Origin: Sphingomonas sp. | GTDB taxonomy: Bacteria; Pseudomonadota; Alphaproteobacteria; Sphingomonadales; Sphingomonadaceae | Reading direction: 5' to 3' | Assembly: GCA_025980335.1 (NCBI GenBank) | Contig: JAICXO010000001.1 | Span: forward strand, 1-62,308 | DNA length: 62,308 nt | Shown here: piece by piece, positions 9,645 through 18,033 of the stretch | Numbering within the stretch: the first letter of the stretch is position 1 | Layout of the letters: each line of letters starts with the position of its first letter | Position numbers and translations under genes: made by a program | The notes under the pieces: generated by a model | What the model saw: the letters and a program-made list of their open reading frames with translations, nothing else | Database searches by the model: none | Told to the model about the DNA's origin: nothing

Positions 9645-9692
9645 TGTTCCCCGGCGAAGGCCGGGGCCCAAGAGCCCGCGAGGGCTGGGCTC
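9645..9692. repeat. REP-like hairpin, second copy
   Basis: CCCCGGCGAAGGCCGGGGCCCA at 9649-9670 followed by a degenerate partner hairpin. Confidence 0.75.
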
Positions 9693-9844
9693 CCAGCCCT
9701 GCACCCCTGATCAGCAACACGCCTGCGCCACCGCGGGCTACAAAACAGCCCGCTCGTAGACCGCCTCCTCGACTGCCAAGCGCCGCGGCCCCCACTCGTT
9801 CGCCTTTCGAGCGAAGGGAGGAAAAGGTGAGCGCGCTGCGGCTC

Positions 9845-9975
9845 CTAGGCCGGCTTCTTCAGCAGCTCGATTTCGATCGTGAATTCGAGCAACATCATCT
9901 GCAAGCCACTGGTCACGGACAATGTCGCGCTCCCATTCGGCGTGCTGACCGCCATCAATTGCAGAAATCCCATGA
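9845..9975 (-). pseudogene. Degenerate DUF559 (Vsr-like) endonuclease relic
   Basis: Minus strand 9959-9900 reads IDGGQHAEWERDIVRDQWLA; an out-of-frame DFC lies just upstream; no intact ORF. Confidence 0.5.
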
Positions 9976-9995
9976 GTGATCCAAACACGGCCGCA

Positions 9996-10184
9996 ATGAA
10001 GACCGCCTTGCTGATCCTTGGCCTGCTTTGCCTGCTCGTCGGGCTCCTGTGGGTCGGACAGGGAGCGGGACTGGTCCGTTGGCCGCCATCGAGCTTCATG
10101 ATCGATCAGCGGCCGTGGCTCGCCCGGGGCGCGATCCTCGCTGTCGTCGGCCTTGTCCTCATCGTCCTGTCGCGCAGGCGCTAG
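9996..10184 (+). CDS. Small two-TM membrane protein
   Basis: MKTALLILGLL...WVGQGAGLVRWPPSSFMI. Confidence 0.75.
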   Translation: MKTALLILGLLCLLVGLLWVGQGAGLVRWPPSSFMIDQRPWLARGAILAVVGLVLIVLSRRR

Positions 10185-10245
10185 CTCCCCGCATTGCGGA
10201 CCTCAGCCCTTCTGTTAGCCTGCCGCTCGCTGGGGGGCCGTTCAC

Positions 10246-10995
10246 ATGCATTTTCATTTTCCCAAACCGCTTCATGGCTGGCGCGAGTTCGCCGGCGAGG
10301 TGGGGATCATCGTCGTCGGCGTGCTGATCGCACTCGGCGCCGAGCAACTGGTCGAGACTTGGCACCATCATCAACAAGCGGAACAGGCGACCCGCGCAAT
10401 CGCGGAAGAGCTCGAGAACGCTGCCGCGGTCGGCTACGAGCGATTGATCATCCAGCCTTGTCTGCAGGGCCGGATACGCGAGCTTCAAACGCAGCTCGTC
10501 GGCGCAAGTGGCCCGTGGAAGGGATCGCCGATGGTCGTCGGCAGCAAAGGCTATCAGAACGTCGTGCCTGTGGCCTATCGGGGACCGTCCCGGCCACTCC
10601 CCACCGACAGCTGGAAGGCGGCAACGACGAGCGGCACAATAGACTTCATGGATCCGGCCAAGGCGCGTGCGTTCTCGGCCATTTACGACCAGATCGCGCT
10701 GTTCGACGCCGCACAGGCGGAGGAGGCCCGCGCGGCCGCGCGCTTGTCGCCTCTGGCGTTCGACCGCACCCTCGACGAAAATGCCCGGACTGAGATGCTT
10801 GCCGATTTGGCGGACGTCGACCGAATCAACAGCCTGATGGCGCTCGTTGCGCAACAAATGATCGAGGAGGTTCGGAGCGAGAAGCTGGATATGCCGCGGA
10901 GCGAAGTCGCTGGGGATCGAGCGACGTTGATCGACACCCAGCGTGCTGCAAGAGGAACGTGCGTTCGATCGGACCTGCCCCTCGAGCTGAACTGA
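10246..10995 (+). CDS. Hypothetical membrane-anchored protein
   Basis: N-terminus HGWREFAGEVGIIVVGVLIALGAEQ typical of a sphingomonad family. Confidence 0.75.
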   Translation: MHFHFPKPLHGWREFAGEVGIIVVGVLIALGAEQLVETWHHHQQAEQATRAIAEELENAAAVGYERLIIQPCLQGRIRELQTQLVGASGPWKGSPMVVGSKGYQNVVPVAYRGPSRPLPTDSWKAATTSGTIDFMDPAKARAFSAIYDQIALFDAAQAEEARAAARLSPLAFDRTLDENARTEMLADLADVDRINSLMALVAQQMIEEVRSEKLDMPRSEVAGDRATLIDTQRAARGTCVRSDLPLELN

Positions 10996-11002
10996 GCGGC
11001 GC

Positions 11003-11560
11003 ATGAGACGGGCGAACAGCAGGCAGGCGAAGTCAAAGACGAGGGTTGCTGCGCTTGCCGCGGTGGCTCTGATCGTCGCGGCTGCCGTCAGCTGGTATTT
11101 CGCCTCTCCCGGCTGGACGCTTCGGCAGATGAAGGCGGCGGCCGATGCAAATGACGCCGCCGCACTCGACTCCTACATCGACTATCCGGCGCTCCGCGAC
11201 GATCTCAAGGCCGAGATCACCGACCGGATGATGGCCGAAGCGAAAAAGGACAAATCCGGTTTTGGCGGGCTCGGTGCCGCGATCGGAACAGCGATGGCCG
11301 GGCCACTGGTCGACGCTTTGGTCACTCCAGCCGCGATGCGCGCCGCTCTCATGGCCAGGCGCGATTTGCCGCCAACCGAAGCAACGCCGGAAGCAGCGTC
11401 GGCATTACATATTCCCGATCGCCCCGTGATCGTCCGGCGCGGCTTCTCGGAGTTTCTCGTGAGCGCAAAGAATCGGCCGAACACTGGCCTCGTGTTCAGG
11501 CGGCATGGCCTTTCCTGGAGGCTCAGCGGCGTGGAACTGCCGCCGATCCCGTCGAGGTAA
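11003..11560 (+). CDS. DUF2939 domain protein
   Basis: SPGWTLRQMKAAA, YIDYPALRDDLK, C-terminal WRLSGVEL. Confidence 0.8.
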   Translation: MRRANSRQAKSKTRVAALAAVALIVAAAVSWYFASPGWTLRQMKAAADANDAAALDSYIDYPALRDDLKAEITDRMMAEAKKDKSGFGGLGAAIGTAMAGPLVDALVTPAAMRAALMARRDLPPTEATPEAASALHIPDRPVIVRRGFSEFLVSAKNRPNTGLVFRRHGLSWRLSGVELPPIPSR

Positions 11561-11696
11561 GCGCCTGTCTTGCAGGATCGCTCGACCCCGAGCGAAGGCG
11601 AATTTGGTCATCCCGGAAACTCCGCTTTCCGGCGATTGCGGAGGTTGGGGACCACGGTAAGAATGACGGGTCTCTGCACGCGGGGAGGGTTCGCGA

Positions 11697-11891
11697 TTGG
11701 CCCCCAAACGATGGATGATCCTGACCTGGGTCGCGATCCTCGCGGCCGTCGTGGGCGTATGCGCGCTGTACGGCGGACGCAATTGCGAGGTGCCGAAGAG
11801 CGGTCCGTTCCAGCCGATCCTGCACGGCCGCAAGTACGTTCGAACCAATTCCAGGAGCTACCGCGTTCCTCCGTGCAGGCAGGTAAAGTAG
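11697..11891 (+). CDS. Possible small membrane-anchored protein
   Basis: TTG start with GGGGAGG upstream; one TM segment; fills intergenic gap. Confidence 0.35.
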   Translation: MAPKRWMILTWVAILAAVVGVCALYGGRNCEVPKSGPFQPILHGRKYVRTNSRSYRVPPCRQVK

Positions 11892-11916
11892 CGCCCGCTT
11901 TCGACCGAACGCCGCG

Positions 11917-12699
11917 CTAAGAAGGCTGGCTCAGCTCGACCCAGGTCGGCGCGTGGTCCGACGCTTTCTCCTCGCCCCTCGCCCATCTGTCGACGCCTGC
12001 GGCCTCGAGCCGGTCGGCGGCTTCGGGCGAGCACAGCAAATGGTCGAGGCGGAAGCCGAGGTCGCGCTGCCAGCAGCCGGCGGTGTAATCCCAGAAGGTG
12101 TAGAGCTTCTCCTCGTTCGGGTGCAGCGCGCGCAAGGCATCGGTCCAGCCCTGGTGGACGATCCGGCGCCAGACCTGCCGCGCTTCGGGTTGCATCACGG
12201 CGTCCTTCGCCGTGGCGCGGGCGGAGAAGACATCGCGGTCCTCGGGCACGACGTTCCAGTCGCCGCACAGCACGACCGGCCGTTCGTCCTGAAGCAATTC
12301 GGCGGCGTGGGCGCAGAGCCGCTCCATCCAGCGGATCTTGTAGTCGAACTTTTCCGTCCCGACCGGATTGCCGTTGGGCAAATAGAGCGAGCCGACGACG
12401 ACGCCTTTCGCTTCGGCCTCGATGTAGCGGCTGTGGGTGTCGTCGGGATCGCCGGGAAGCCCGACCCGCCGCAGCTCGGGCGCATCGCCGCGCGCCAGGA
12501 TCGCGACGCCGTTGAAGCCCTTCTGCCCGTGCCACACCGCGCCGTAGCCCGCCGCCTCGATGTCGGCGATCGGCAGCGACTCGTCGGCGCATTTCAATTC
12601 CTGGAGGCAGGCGACGTCGGGCTGCTCGCGTGCCAGCCATTCGAGCAGCCGCGGCAAGCGCGCGCGGATTCCGTTGAGATTGTAGGTGGCGAGCTTCAT
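11917..12699 (-). CDS. xth: Exodeoxyribonuclease III
   Basis: TYNLNGIRARL, CLQELK, YLPNGN, GDWN, RLDH, SDHAP. Confidence 0.95.
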   Translation of the reverse strand: MKLATYNLNGIRARLPRLLEWLAREQPDVACLQELKCADESLPIADIEAAGYGAVWHGQKGFNGVAILARGDAPELRRVGLPGDPDDTHSRYIEAEAKGVVVGSLYLPNGNPVGTEKFDYKIRWMERLCAHAAELLQDERPVVLCGDWNVVPEDRDVFSARATAKDAVMQPEARQVWRRIVHQGWTDALRALHPNEEKLYTFWDYTAGCWQRDLGFRLDHLLCSPEAADRLEAAGVDRWARGEEKASDHAPTWVELSQPS

Positions 12700-12723
12700 C
12701 GCGGCCGCCCTAGCCGCTGCCGG

Positions 12724-13050
12724 CTAGACGGAAAAGCTGCTGCCGCAGCCGCAACCCGACTGGGCATTGGGGTTGAGCACCTTGAACGCGGCGCCGCCCA
12801 GGTCCTCGACAAAATCGACAGCCGAGCCGCGGACGAGGTCGAGGCTGAGGGGATCGACGACGAGCTTGACGCCGTCGGTTTCGGCGACCGCGTCGTCGCC
12901 GTCGGGCGCTTCGGCGAGCTCGAACTTGTAGGTGAAGCCGGCGCAGCCGCCGCCGTCGACGGCGAGGCGCAGGATTGCGGGCTTCGACTGGCGCTCGGCG
13001 ATCCACGCGACGCGCCTGGCGGCGCTTTCGGTAAGGCTGATGTCGCTCAC
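12724..13050 (-). CDS. erpA: A-type Fe-S cluster carrier (ErpA/IscA)
   Basis: GGGCAGFTY and NPNAQSGCGCGSSF. Confidence 0.9.
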   Translation of the reverse strand: MSDISLTESAARRVAWIAERQSKPAILRLAVDGGGCAGFTYKFELAEAPDGDDAVAETDGVKLVVDPLSLDLVRGSAVDFVEDLGGAAFKVLNPNAQSGCGCGSSFSV

Positions 13051-13082
13051 CGGCCAGAGATAGGAACGGAGGTCGCGCGCGA

Positions 13083-14123
13083 CTAGTGCTGTCCGCCGGG
13101 GCCGCCGACGCCCACCGCGTCCATCGACGGCGTGCCCGAGCGCTTCTCCATCGCGAGCACGTAATCGGTCGATTTCATGAACGGGATCGGGTTCACCGGC
13201 CGTCCGTCGATCCGCACCTCATAGTGCAGGTGATTGCCCGTAGACCGCCCCGTCGACCCCATGCGGCCGATCTGCTCGCCGCGGGTGACGTGGTCGCCGG
13301 CGTGGACGAGCACTGCCGACATATGGCCGTAGCGGGTGCTGATTCCGCGCCCGTGGTCGAGCTCGACCATGTTGCCGTAGCCGCCGCTGTTCCAGCCGGC
13401 GCGCACGACGGTGCCGTCGGCGGTCGCGTAGATCGGCGTTCCATAGGCGCCGGCGAGGTCGATCCCGGGATGCATCGCCGCGCCCTTGTGGAACGGATCG
13501 TCGCGAACGCCGAAGCCGCTGGTGAAGGTGACCTCGGTCCGGACGGGCTTGTCGGATGGAATGGCGATGACGTCATCCTGCAGCTGGTCGAGCTTCTTCC
13601 AACTGTTGAACAGCGCCTTGAACGTGGGATTGCCGACGCTTTCGAACGGGCCGCCGACGCCGCTCGGCTGCCCTGCGCTCGCCGGCTTGATGCCCAGCTT
13701 GTGCAGCTCGGCGGCAGTCACCTGGTAGCGGACGTCGAGCGCCTGGGCGACGAGCGCCGCCTGCTGAAGCTGCTGCTGCTCGACGCGGGCGAGCGCGCCT
13801 TCCTTGGCAAGACGGCCGCTGCTTGCGGCCGCCTGGATCATCTCGGGATTGATCTTCTGACCGGTCAGCGCCGCTTCGATCAGCGCCTGGCGTTGCTCGA
13901 GCACGCGGGCGCGCGCCTCCGTCGCCGCGCTCAGGCCGGCGTGCGGGCGCGCCATCAGCCGTGCGGTCGCAAAGCTCGCCCACGCGACCAGCGCCATCAT
14001 CACCGCGAAGAGAACAGCCTGGACAGGAGCGGAAATGCGGAAGCGGCGGAGTTTCTTGCCGTCGTGGATGAACAGGTCCCGATCGCGGAACAAAGTCGTC
14101 GTGCCGGCAAGTACCTGGGTCAT
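13083..14123 (-). CDS. M23 family metallopeptidase
   Basis: TSGFGVRDDP, HPGID, YGHMS, STGNHLHYEVR; N-terminal TM. Confidence 0.92.
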   Translation of the reverse strand: MTQVLAGTTTLFRDRDLFIHDGKKLRRFRISAPVQAVLFAVMMALVAWASFATARLMARPHAGLSAATEARARVLEQRQALIEAALTGQKINPEMIQAAASSGRLAKEGALARVEQQQLQQAALVAQALDVRYQVTAAELHKLGIKPASAGQPSGVGGPFESVGNPTFKALFNSWKKLDQLQDDVIAIPSDKPVRTEVTFTSGFGVRDDPFHKGAAMHPGIDLAGAYGTPIYATADGTVVRAGWNSGGYGNMVELDHGRGISTRYGHMSAVLVHAGDHVTRGEQIGRMGSTGRSTGNHLHYEVRIDGRPVNPIPFMKSTDYVLAMEKRSGTPSMDAVGVGGPGGQH

Positions 14124-14468
14124 TACGTCCCCGCTCCAAAGCTCCAGACACGGTGCGCCGAGGCGCCCGCGCCGTTTCCATCAGTGTAGGAGCTCCCCAG
14201 CCCCAAGCCGCAGCGCGTTGCCCCCGCGCTTCGACAGGACGGACACTGCTTCCGGATGGTTAACGAATTCAACCTGAGCCGCGCACTTGCGGGATGAGCC
14301 GCGGAGTAACTGCGGTGAACCGTTCAACTCTGCTGCAGCACGGCGAGATTCGGCCAAAATCAGGCTCTTGTGCAGTGCAGCATCGCAATCGTTGCTGAGT
14401 CGAAACGCGAATCTTTCACGAACGCCGTTGCCAACCCGCGAGCAGCGGTTACACCTGTCTCCGGGCCA

Positions 14469-14506
14469 CGCCGTCCCAACGCGGCGCGAGCTCTCTGGAA
14501 GGAGAG
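14469..14506 (+). promoter_or_regulatory. Candidate serC leader RNA (two hairpins)
   Basis: CGCCGU-cccaac-GCGGCG then CUCUC-uggaag-GAGAG covering the RBS; position matches the alphaproteobacterial serC leader, sequence match unverified. Confidence 0.5.
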
Positions 14507-14512
14507 TATATT

Positions 14513-15694
14513 GTGACCGAAGCCATTGCCGCCGGCGCCGACGTGCGCCCGGCGAAGCCCCGCACCAAACCTCACATCAAACCGGCGCGCCCGAATTTCT
14601 CCTCGGGGCCATGTGCCAAGCCGCCCGGCTGGAGCGCGGACAAGCTCGACACGTCCGCGCTCGGCCGATCGCACCGCGGCACCGTCGGCAAGGCGAAGCT
14701 GGCGGAAGCGATCGAGCGCACGCATGCGCTGCTACGGCTGCCCTCCGATTATCGGCTCGGGATCGTGCCCGCGTCCGACACCGGCGCGATGGAGATGGCG
14801 CTGTGGTCGCTGCTCGGGCCGCGGCCGGCGACTATGCTCGCGTGGGAGAGCTTCGGCGCCGGTTGGGTGACAGACGTCGCGAAGCAGCTCAGGCTCGATG
14901 CGGACGTCCGCACGGCCGCTTACGGGCAAATCGCCAATCTTTCCGGCATCGATCCGGAAAGCGACGTCGTCTTCACCTGGAATGGGACCACCAGCGGCGT
15001 CCGGGTGCCGGACGCCGAGTGGATCGCCACAGACCGCACGGGGCTCACCATCTGCGACGCGACCTCGGCGGCGTTCGCTCAGGACGTGGATTGGGAGAAA
15101 ATCGATGTCGGGACCTTCAGCTGGCAAAAGGCGCTCGGCGGCGAAGCGGCGCACGGGATGCTGGTGCTCAGCCCGCGTGCCGTCGAGCGGCTCGAGCAGG
15201 AGCCCGCGCCGCGGCCGTTGCCGAAGATTTTCCGGCTCACCAAAGGCGGCAAGCTGATCGACGGGATCTTCCGCGGCGAGACGATCAACACGCCGTCGAT
15301 GCTCGCGGTTGAGGATTGGCTCTTCTGCCTCGATTGGGCGCAGCGGAGCGGCGGACTCGACGCGCTGATCGCTCGCGCGGACGCCAATGCCGCGGCGCTC
15401 GACGATTGGGTGCAGTCGGCGGACTGGATCGAGCACCTCGCGAGCGACCCCGCGATACGCTCCAACACGTCGGTGTGCCTGCAGTTCGCGGATCGCTCCG
15501 ACGAGGAAGCCAACCACGCGCGTCAGAAGGCGATCGGCCAGCTGCTCGAGCGCGAGGGCGCGGCGTACGACATCACCGCGTACCGCGACGCGCCGCCGGG
15601 GCTCCGGATCTGGTGCGGCGCGACAGTCGAGACGAGTGACATCGAAGCGCTCGGGCCGTGGCTCGATTGGGCATGGGACGCCACTACGCCCTGA
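14513..15694 (+). CDS. serC: Phosphoserine aminotransferase
   Basis: NFSSGPCAK, SDTGAMEM, WNGTTSGV, DATSA, TFSWQK, NTPSML, YRDAPPGLRIW. Confidence 0.96.
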   Translation: MTEAIAAGADVRPAKPRTKPHIKPARPNFSSGPCAKPPGWSADKLDTSALGRSHRGTVGKAKLAEAIERTHALLRLPSDYRLGIVPASDTGAMEMALWSLLGPRPATMLAWESFGAGWVTDVAKQLRLDADVRTAAYGQIANLSGIDPESDVVFTWNGTTSGVRVPDAEWIATDRTGLTICDATSAAFAQDVDWEKIDVGTFSWQKALGGEAAHGMLVLSPRAVERLEQEPAPRPLPKIFRLTKGGKLIDGIFRGETINTPSMLAVEDWLFCLDWAQRSGGLDALIARADANAAALDDWVQSADWIEHLASDPAIRSNTSVCLQFADRSDEEANHARQKAIGQLLEREGAAYDITAYRDAPPGLRIWCGATVETSDIEALGPWLDWAWDATTP

Positions 15695-15695
15695 C

Positions 15696-15783
15696 AGCAT
15701 CATCCACCGAGAAAGCGGGGATCCCACTTCTTCTCCTTCAAAGCAATTCAAGGAAGCGGGACCCCGCTTCCGCGGGGGTAACG
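15696..15783. repeat. Inverted REP doublet between serC and serA
   Basis: CCACCGAGAAAGCGGGGATCCC ... GGGACCCCGCTTCCGCGGGGGTAACG. Confidence 0.7.
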
Positions 15784-15788
15784 AAAGA

Positions 15789-17378
15789 ATGTCAGACCAG
15801 ATCAAAGTCCTCATTGCCGACAAGATGGACCCCAAAGCCGCCGCGATCTTTCGCGAGCGGGGCATCCAAGTCGACGAGAAGCCCGGCCTTGCGGCCGACG
15901 AGCTCAACCAGATCATCGGCGGCTATGACGGTGTTGCCGTCCGCAGCTCGACGAAGATCAACGCGGCGGCGATGGACGCCGCACTCCCACGTCTGAAGGT
16001 GATCGGCCGCGCCGGGATCGGAGTCGACACGATCGATGTGCCCGGTGCCTCTGCGCGGGGGATCGTGGTCATGAACACACCCTTCGGCAACTCGATCACC
16101 ACCGCCGAGCATGCAATCGCGATGCTGTTCGCGCTTGCCCGCGAAATCCCACAGGCCGACCAGTCGACGCAGTCGGGCAAGTGGGAAAAGAACCGCTTCA
16201 TGGGCGTCGAGCTCGCTGGCAAGACGCTCGGCCTGATCGGCTGCGGCAACATCGGCTCGATCGTCGCCGACCGCGCTCACGGCCTCAAGATGAAGGTTGT
16301 TGCCTATGATCCGTTCCTTTCGCCCGAGCGCGCGGTCGAGCTTGGGGTCGAGAAGGTCGAACTCGACGAGCTTCTCGCGCGCGCCGACTTCATCACGTTG
16401 CACACGCCGCTAACCGACCAGACGCGCGGAATTCTCAGCCGCGAAGCGCTGGCGAAGACCAGGCCTGGTGTGCGCATCGTCAATTGCGCACGTGGCGGCC
16501 TGATCGACGAAGCCGCGCTGAAGGACGGACTCGAAAGCGGCCATGTCGCAGGCGCCGCCCTCGACGTATTCGCGGTCGAACCCGCGAGGGAAAGTCCTCT
16601 CTTCGGTACAAGAGGGCTGATCTGCACGCCGCACCTCGGCGCTTCGACGACCGAGGCACAGGTCAATGTCGCAATCCAGGTCGCGGAGCAGATGGCCGAT
16701 TTCCTGCTGCTCGGCGGCATCACCAACGCCGTCAACGTGCCCTCCCTGTCGGCCGAGGAAGCGCCCCGTCTGCGCCCCTACATGGCGCTGGCGGAAAAGC
16801 TCGGGCGGCTGATCGGGCAGATCACGGGAACGGAAATCCGCTCGATCGACATCGAGGTCGGGGGTGCCGCGGCCGAGCTCAATATCAAGCCGGTGACCGG
16901 CGCGGTGCTCGCCGGCGTGATGCGCACCTGGTCCGACACGGTGAACATGGTCAACGCGCCCTATCTCGCGAAAGAACGCGGGATCGCCGTCCGCGAAATC
17001 CGCAACGAGGGCGAAAGCGATTATCACACGCTGATCGCGGTGACCGTCGGCACGCCCGACGGCGACAAGCGGGTGGAAGGGACGCTGTTCGGCAACCGCG
17101 CACCGCGGCTCGTGAAGATTTTCGGGATTCCGGTGGAAGCCGAGCTGACCGGGCAGATGATCTATATCGTCAACACCGACGCTCCGGGCTTCATCGGCGC
17201 GCTCGGCACCACGCTCGGCGAGAACGGGATCAACATCGCGACCTTCAATCTCGGGCGGCGCGAGGAGAAAGGCGAAGCCGTTGCGCTGGTCGCGGTCGAC
17301 GACCCGATCACCGCCGAGGTCGCGCAGCAGCTTCGAAATCTTCCCGGGGTGCTGCAGGTGGTCCCGCTGAGCTTTTGA
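15789..17378 (+). CDS. serA: D-3-phosphoglycerate dehydrogenase
   Basis: GRAGIGVD, NTPFGNS, GCGNIG, NCARGG, TPHLGAST, C-terminal ACT domain; start MSDQIK at 15789. Confidence 0.96.
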   Translation: MSDQIKVLIADKMDPKAAAIFRERGIQVDEKPGLAADELNQIIGGYDGVAVRSSTKINAAAMDAALPRLKVIGRAGIGVDTIDVPGASARGIVVMNTPFGNSITTAEHAIAMLFALAREIPQADQSTQSGKWEKNRFMGVELAGKTLGLIGCGNIGSIVADRAHGLKMKVVAYDPFLSPERAVELGVEKVELDELLARADFITLHTPLTDQTRGILSREALAKTRPGVRIVNCARGGLIDEAALKDGLESGHVAGAALDVFAVEPARESPLFGTRGLICTPHLGASTTEAQVNVAIQVAEQMADFLLLGGITNAVNVPSLSAEEAPRLRPYMALAEKLGRLIGQITGTEIRSIDIEVGGAAAELNIKPVTGAVLAGVMRTWSDTVNMVNAPYLAKERGIAVREIRNEGESDYHTLIAVTVGTPDGDKRVEGTLFGNRAPRLVKIFGIPVEAELTGQMIYIVNTDAPGFIGALGTTLGENGINIATFNLGRREEKGEAVALVAVDDPITAEVAQQLRNLPGVLQVVPLSF

Positions 17379-17602
17379 TGACCTCGCCAAGCGAAGCCCT
17401 GCGCCGAACCGTCGCTTGGCGTTCCGTGCGGCGCTCGCTCGCGGTCGCACTGCTGATCGGCACGGTGCTCAACACCATCAACCAGGGCCCGGAAATCCTC
17501 ACCGGCCACTGGCCGATCTGGTGGAAGCTGTTGCTGACCTATTCGGTCCCGTTCTGCGTCGCCAGCTACGGCAGCTACGCGGCGTTCCGGACCTCCGCCT
17601 AG
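17378..17602 (+). CDS. NrtS-like small membrane protein
   Basis: VALLIGTVLNTINQG and LTYSVPFCVASYG motifs; TGATG overlap with serA. Confidence 0.75.
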   Translation: MTSPSEALRRTVAWRSVRRSLAVALLIGTVLNTINQGPEILTGHWPIWWKLLLTYSVPFCVASYGSYAAFRTSA

Positions 17603-17610
17603 CGCATGGA

Positions 17611-17636
17611 AAGGGCGCCCCCGAGAGGGCGCCCTT
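17611..17636. terminator. Hairpin between convergent genes (probable bidirectional terminator)
   Basis: AAGGGCGCCC-ccgaga-GGGCGCCCTT. Confidence 0.65.
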
Positions 17637-17675
17637 CGACCGATTGCCTGCGTGCGAGCGATCGGTCGTTAAGGT

Positions 17676-17951
17676 TCAGTGCGAATTGTTGGTCATCGCG
17701 TCCGCCGTATTGTCGGCGGCATTCTTCATGGCGTCCGACTTGTTGTCCGCGGCGGCCTTCATCGCATCGGACGCGTTGCCGGCATTCGCGGTCATCTGAT
17801 CGGCGGAATTGTCGACGTTCGATTCCATCATGTCGGCCGAATTGTCGACGTTCGCCTCATAATTGTCGGCAGCTTGCTGCGACGGGCTCTTGTTGCAGGC
17901 GCCGAGCGAGCCGAGCCCGAGCGCGATTGCCAAAAGCGTGATCGTTTTCAT
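17676..17951 (-). CDS. Small lipoprotein with 11-residue repeats
   Basis: Lipobox LGAC; ADNYEANVDNS/ADMMESNVDNS/SDAMKAAADNK repeats; GGGGAG RBS. Confidence 0.85.
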   Translation of the reverse strand: MKTITLLAIALGLGSLGACNKSPSQQAADNYEANVDNSADMMESNVDNSADQMTANAGNASDAMKAAADNKSDAMKNAADNTADAMTNNSH

Positions 17952-18008
17952 TGTTTCTCCCCTTCAGTTGTCGAGATGCGCAGTGTGGCTGCCCATTCGG
18001 AACTGCAC

Positions 18009-18033
18009 TACGCGCAAAATGCGGTTCCGTTCC
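18009..18033 (-). promoter_or_regulatory. EcfG/SigT-like general stress promoter
   Basis: GGAAC-N16-CGTA on minus strand (consensus GGAAC-N16/17-CGTT). Confidence 0.45.

Noticed and set aside
11560-11700. Possible ncRNA (CTCCGC/GCGGAG stem) after DUF2939
   Set aside because: No SRP, tmRNA, 6S or riboswitch signature; a single modest stem in GC-rich DNA
7632-11900. Possible prophage
   Set aside because: Only terminase genes are present; no integrase, structural, lysis or replication genes and no att pair seen
14255-14275. CtrA box upstream of the M23 peptidase
   Set aside because: Only a GGTTAAC half-site; TTAA-N7-TTAA spacing not met
15387-15788. 134-aa N-terminal extension of SerA in the ORF track
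   Set aside because: Overlaps serC and runs through a REP doublet; SerA homology begins at ATG 15789
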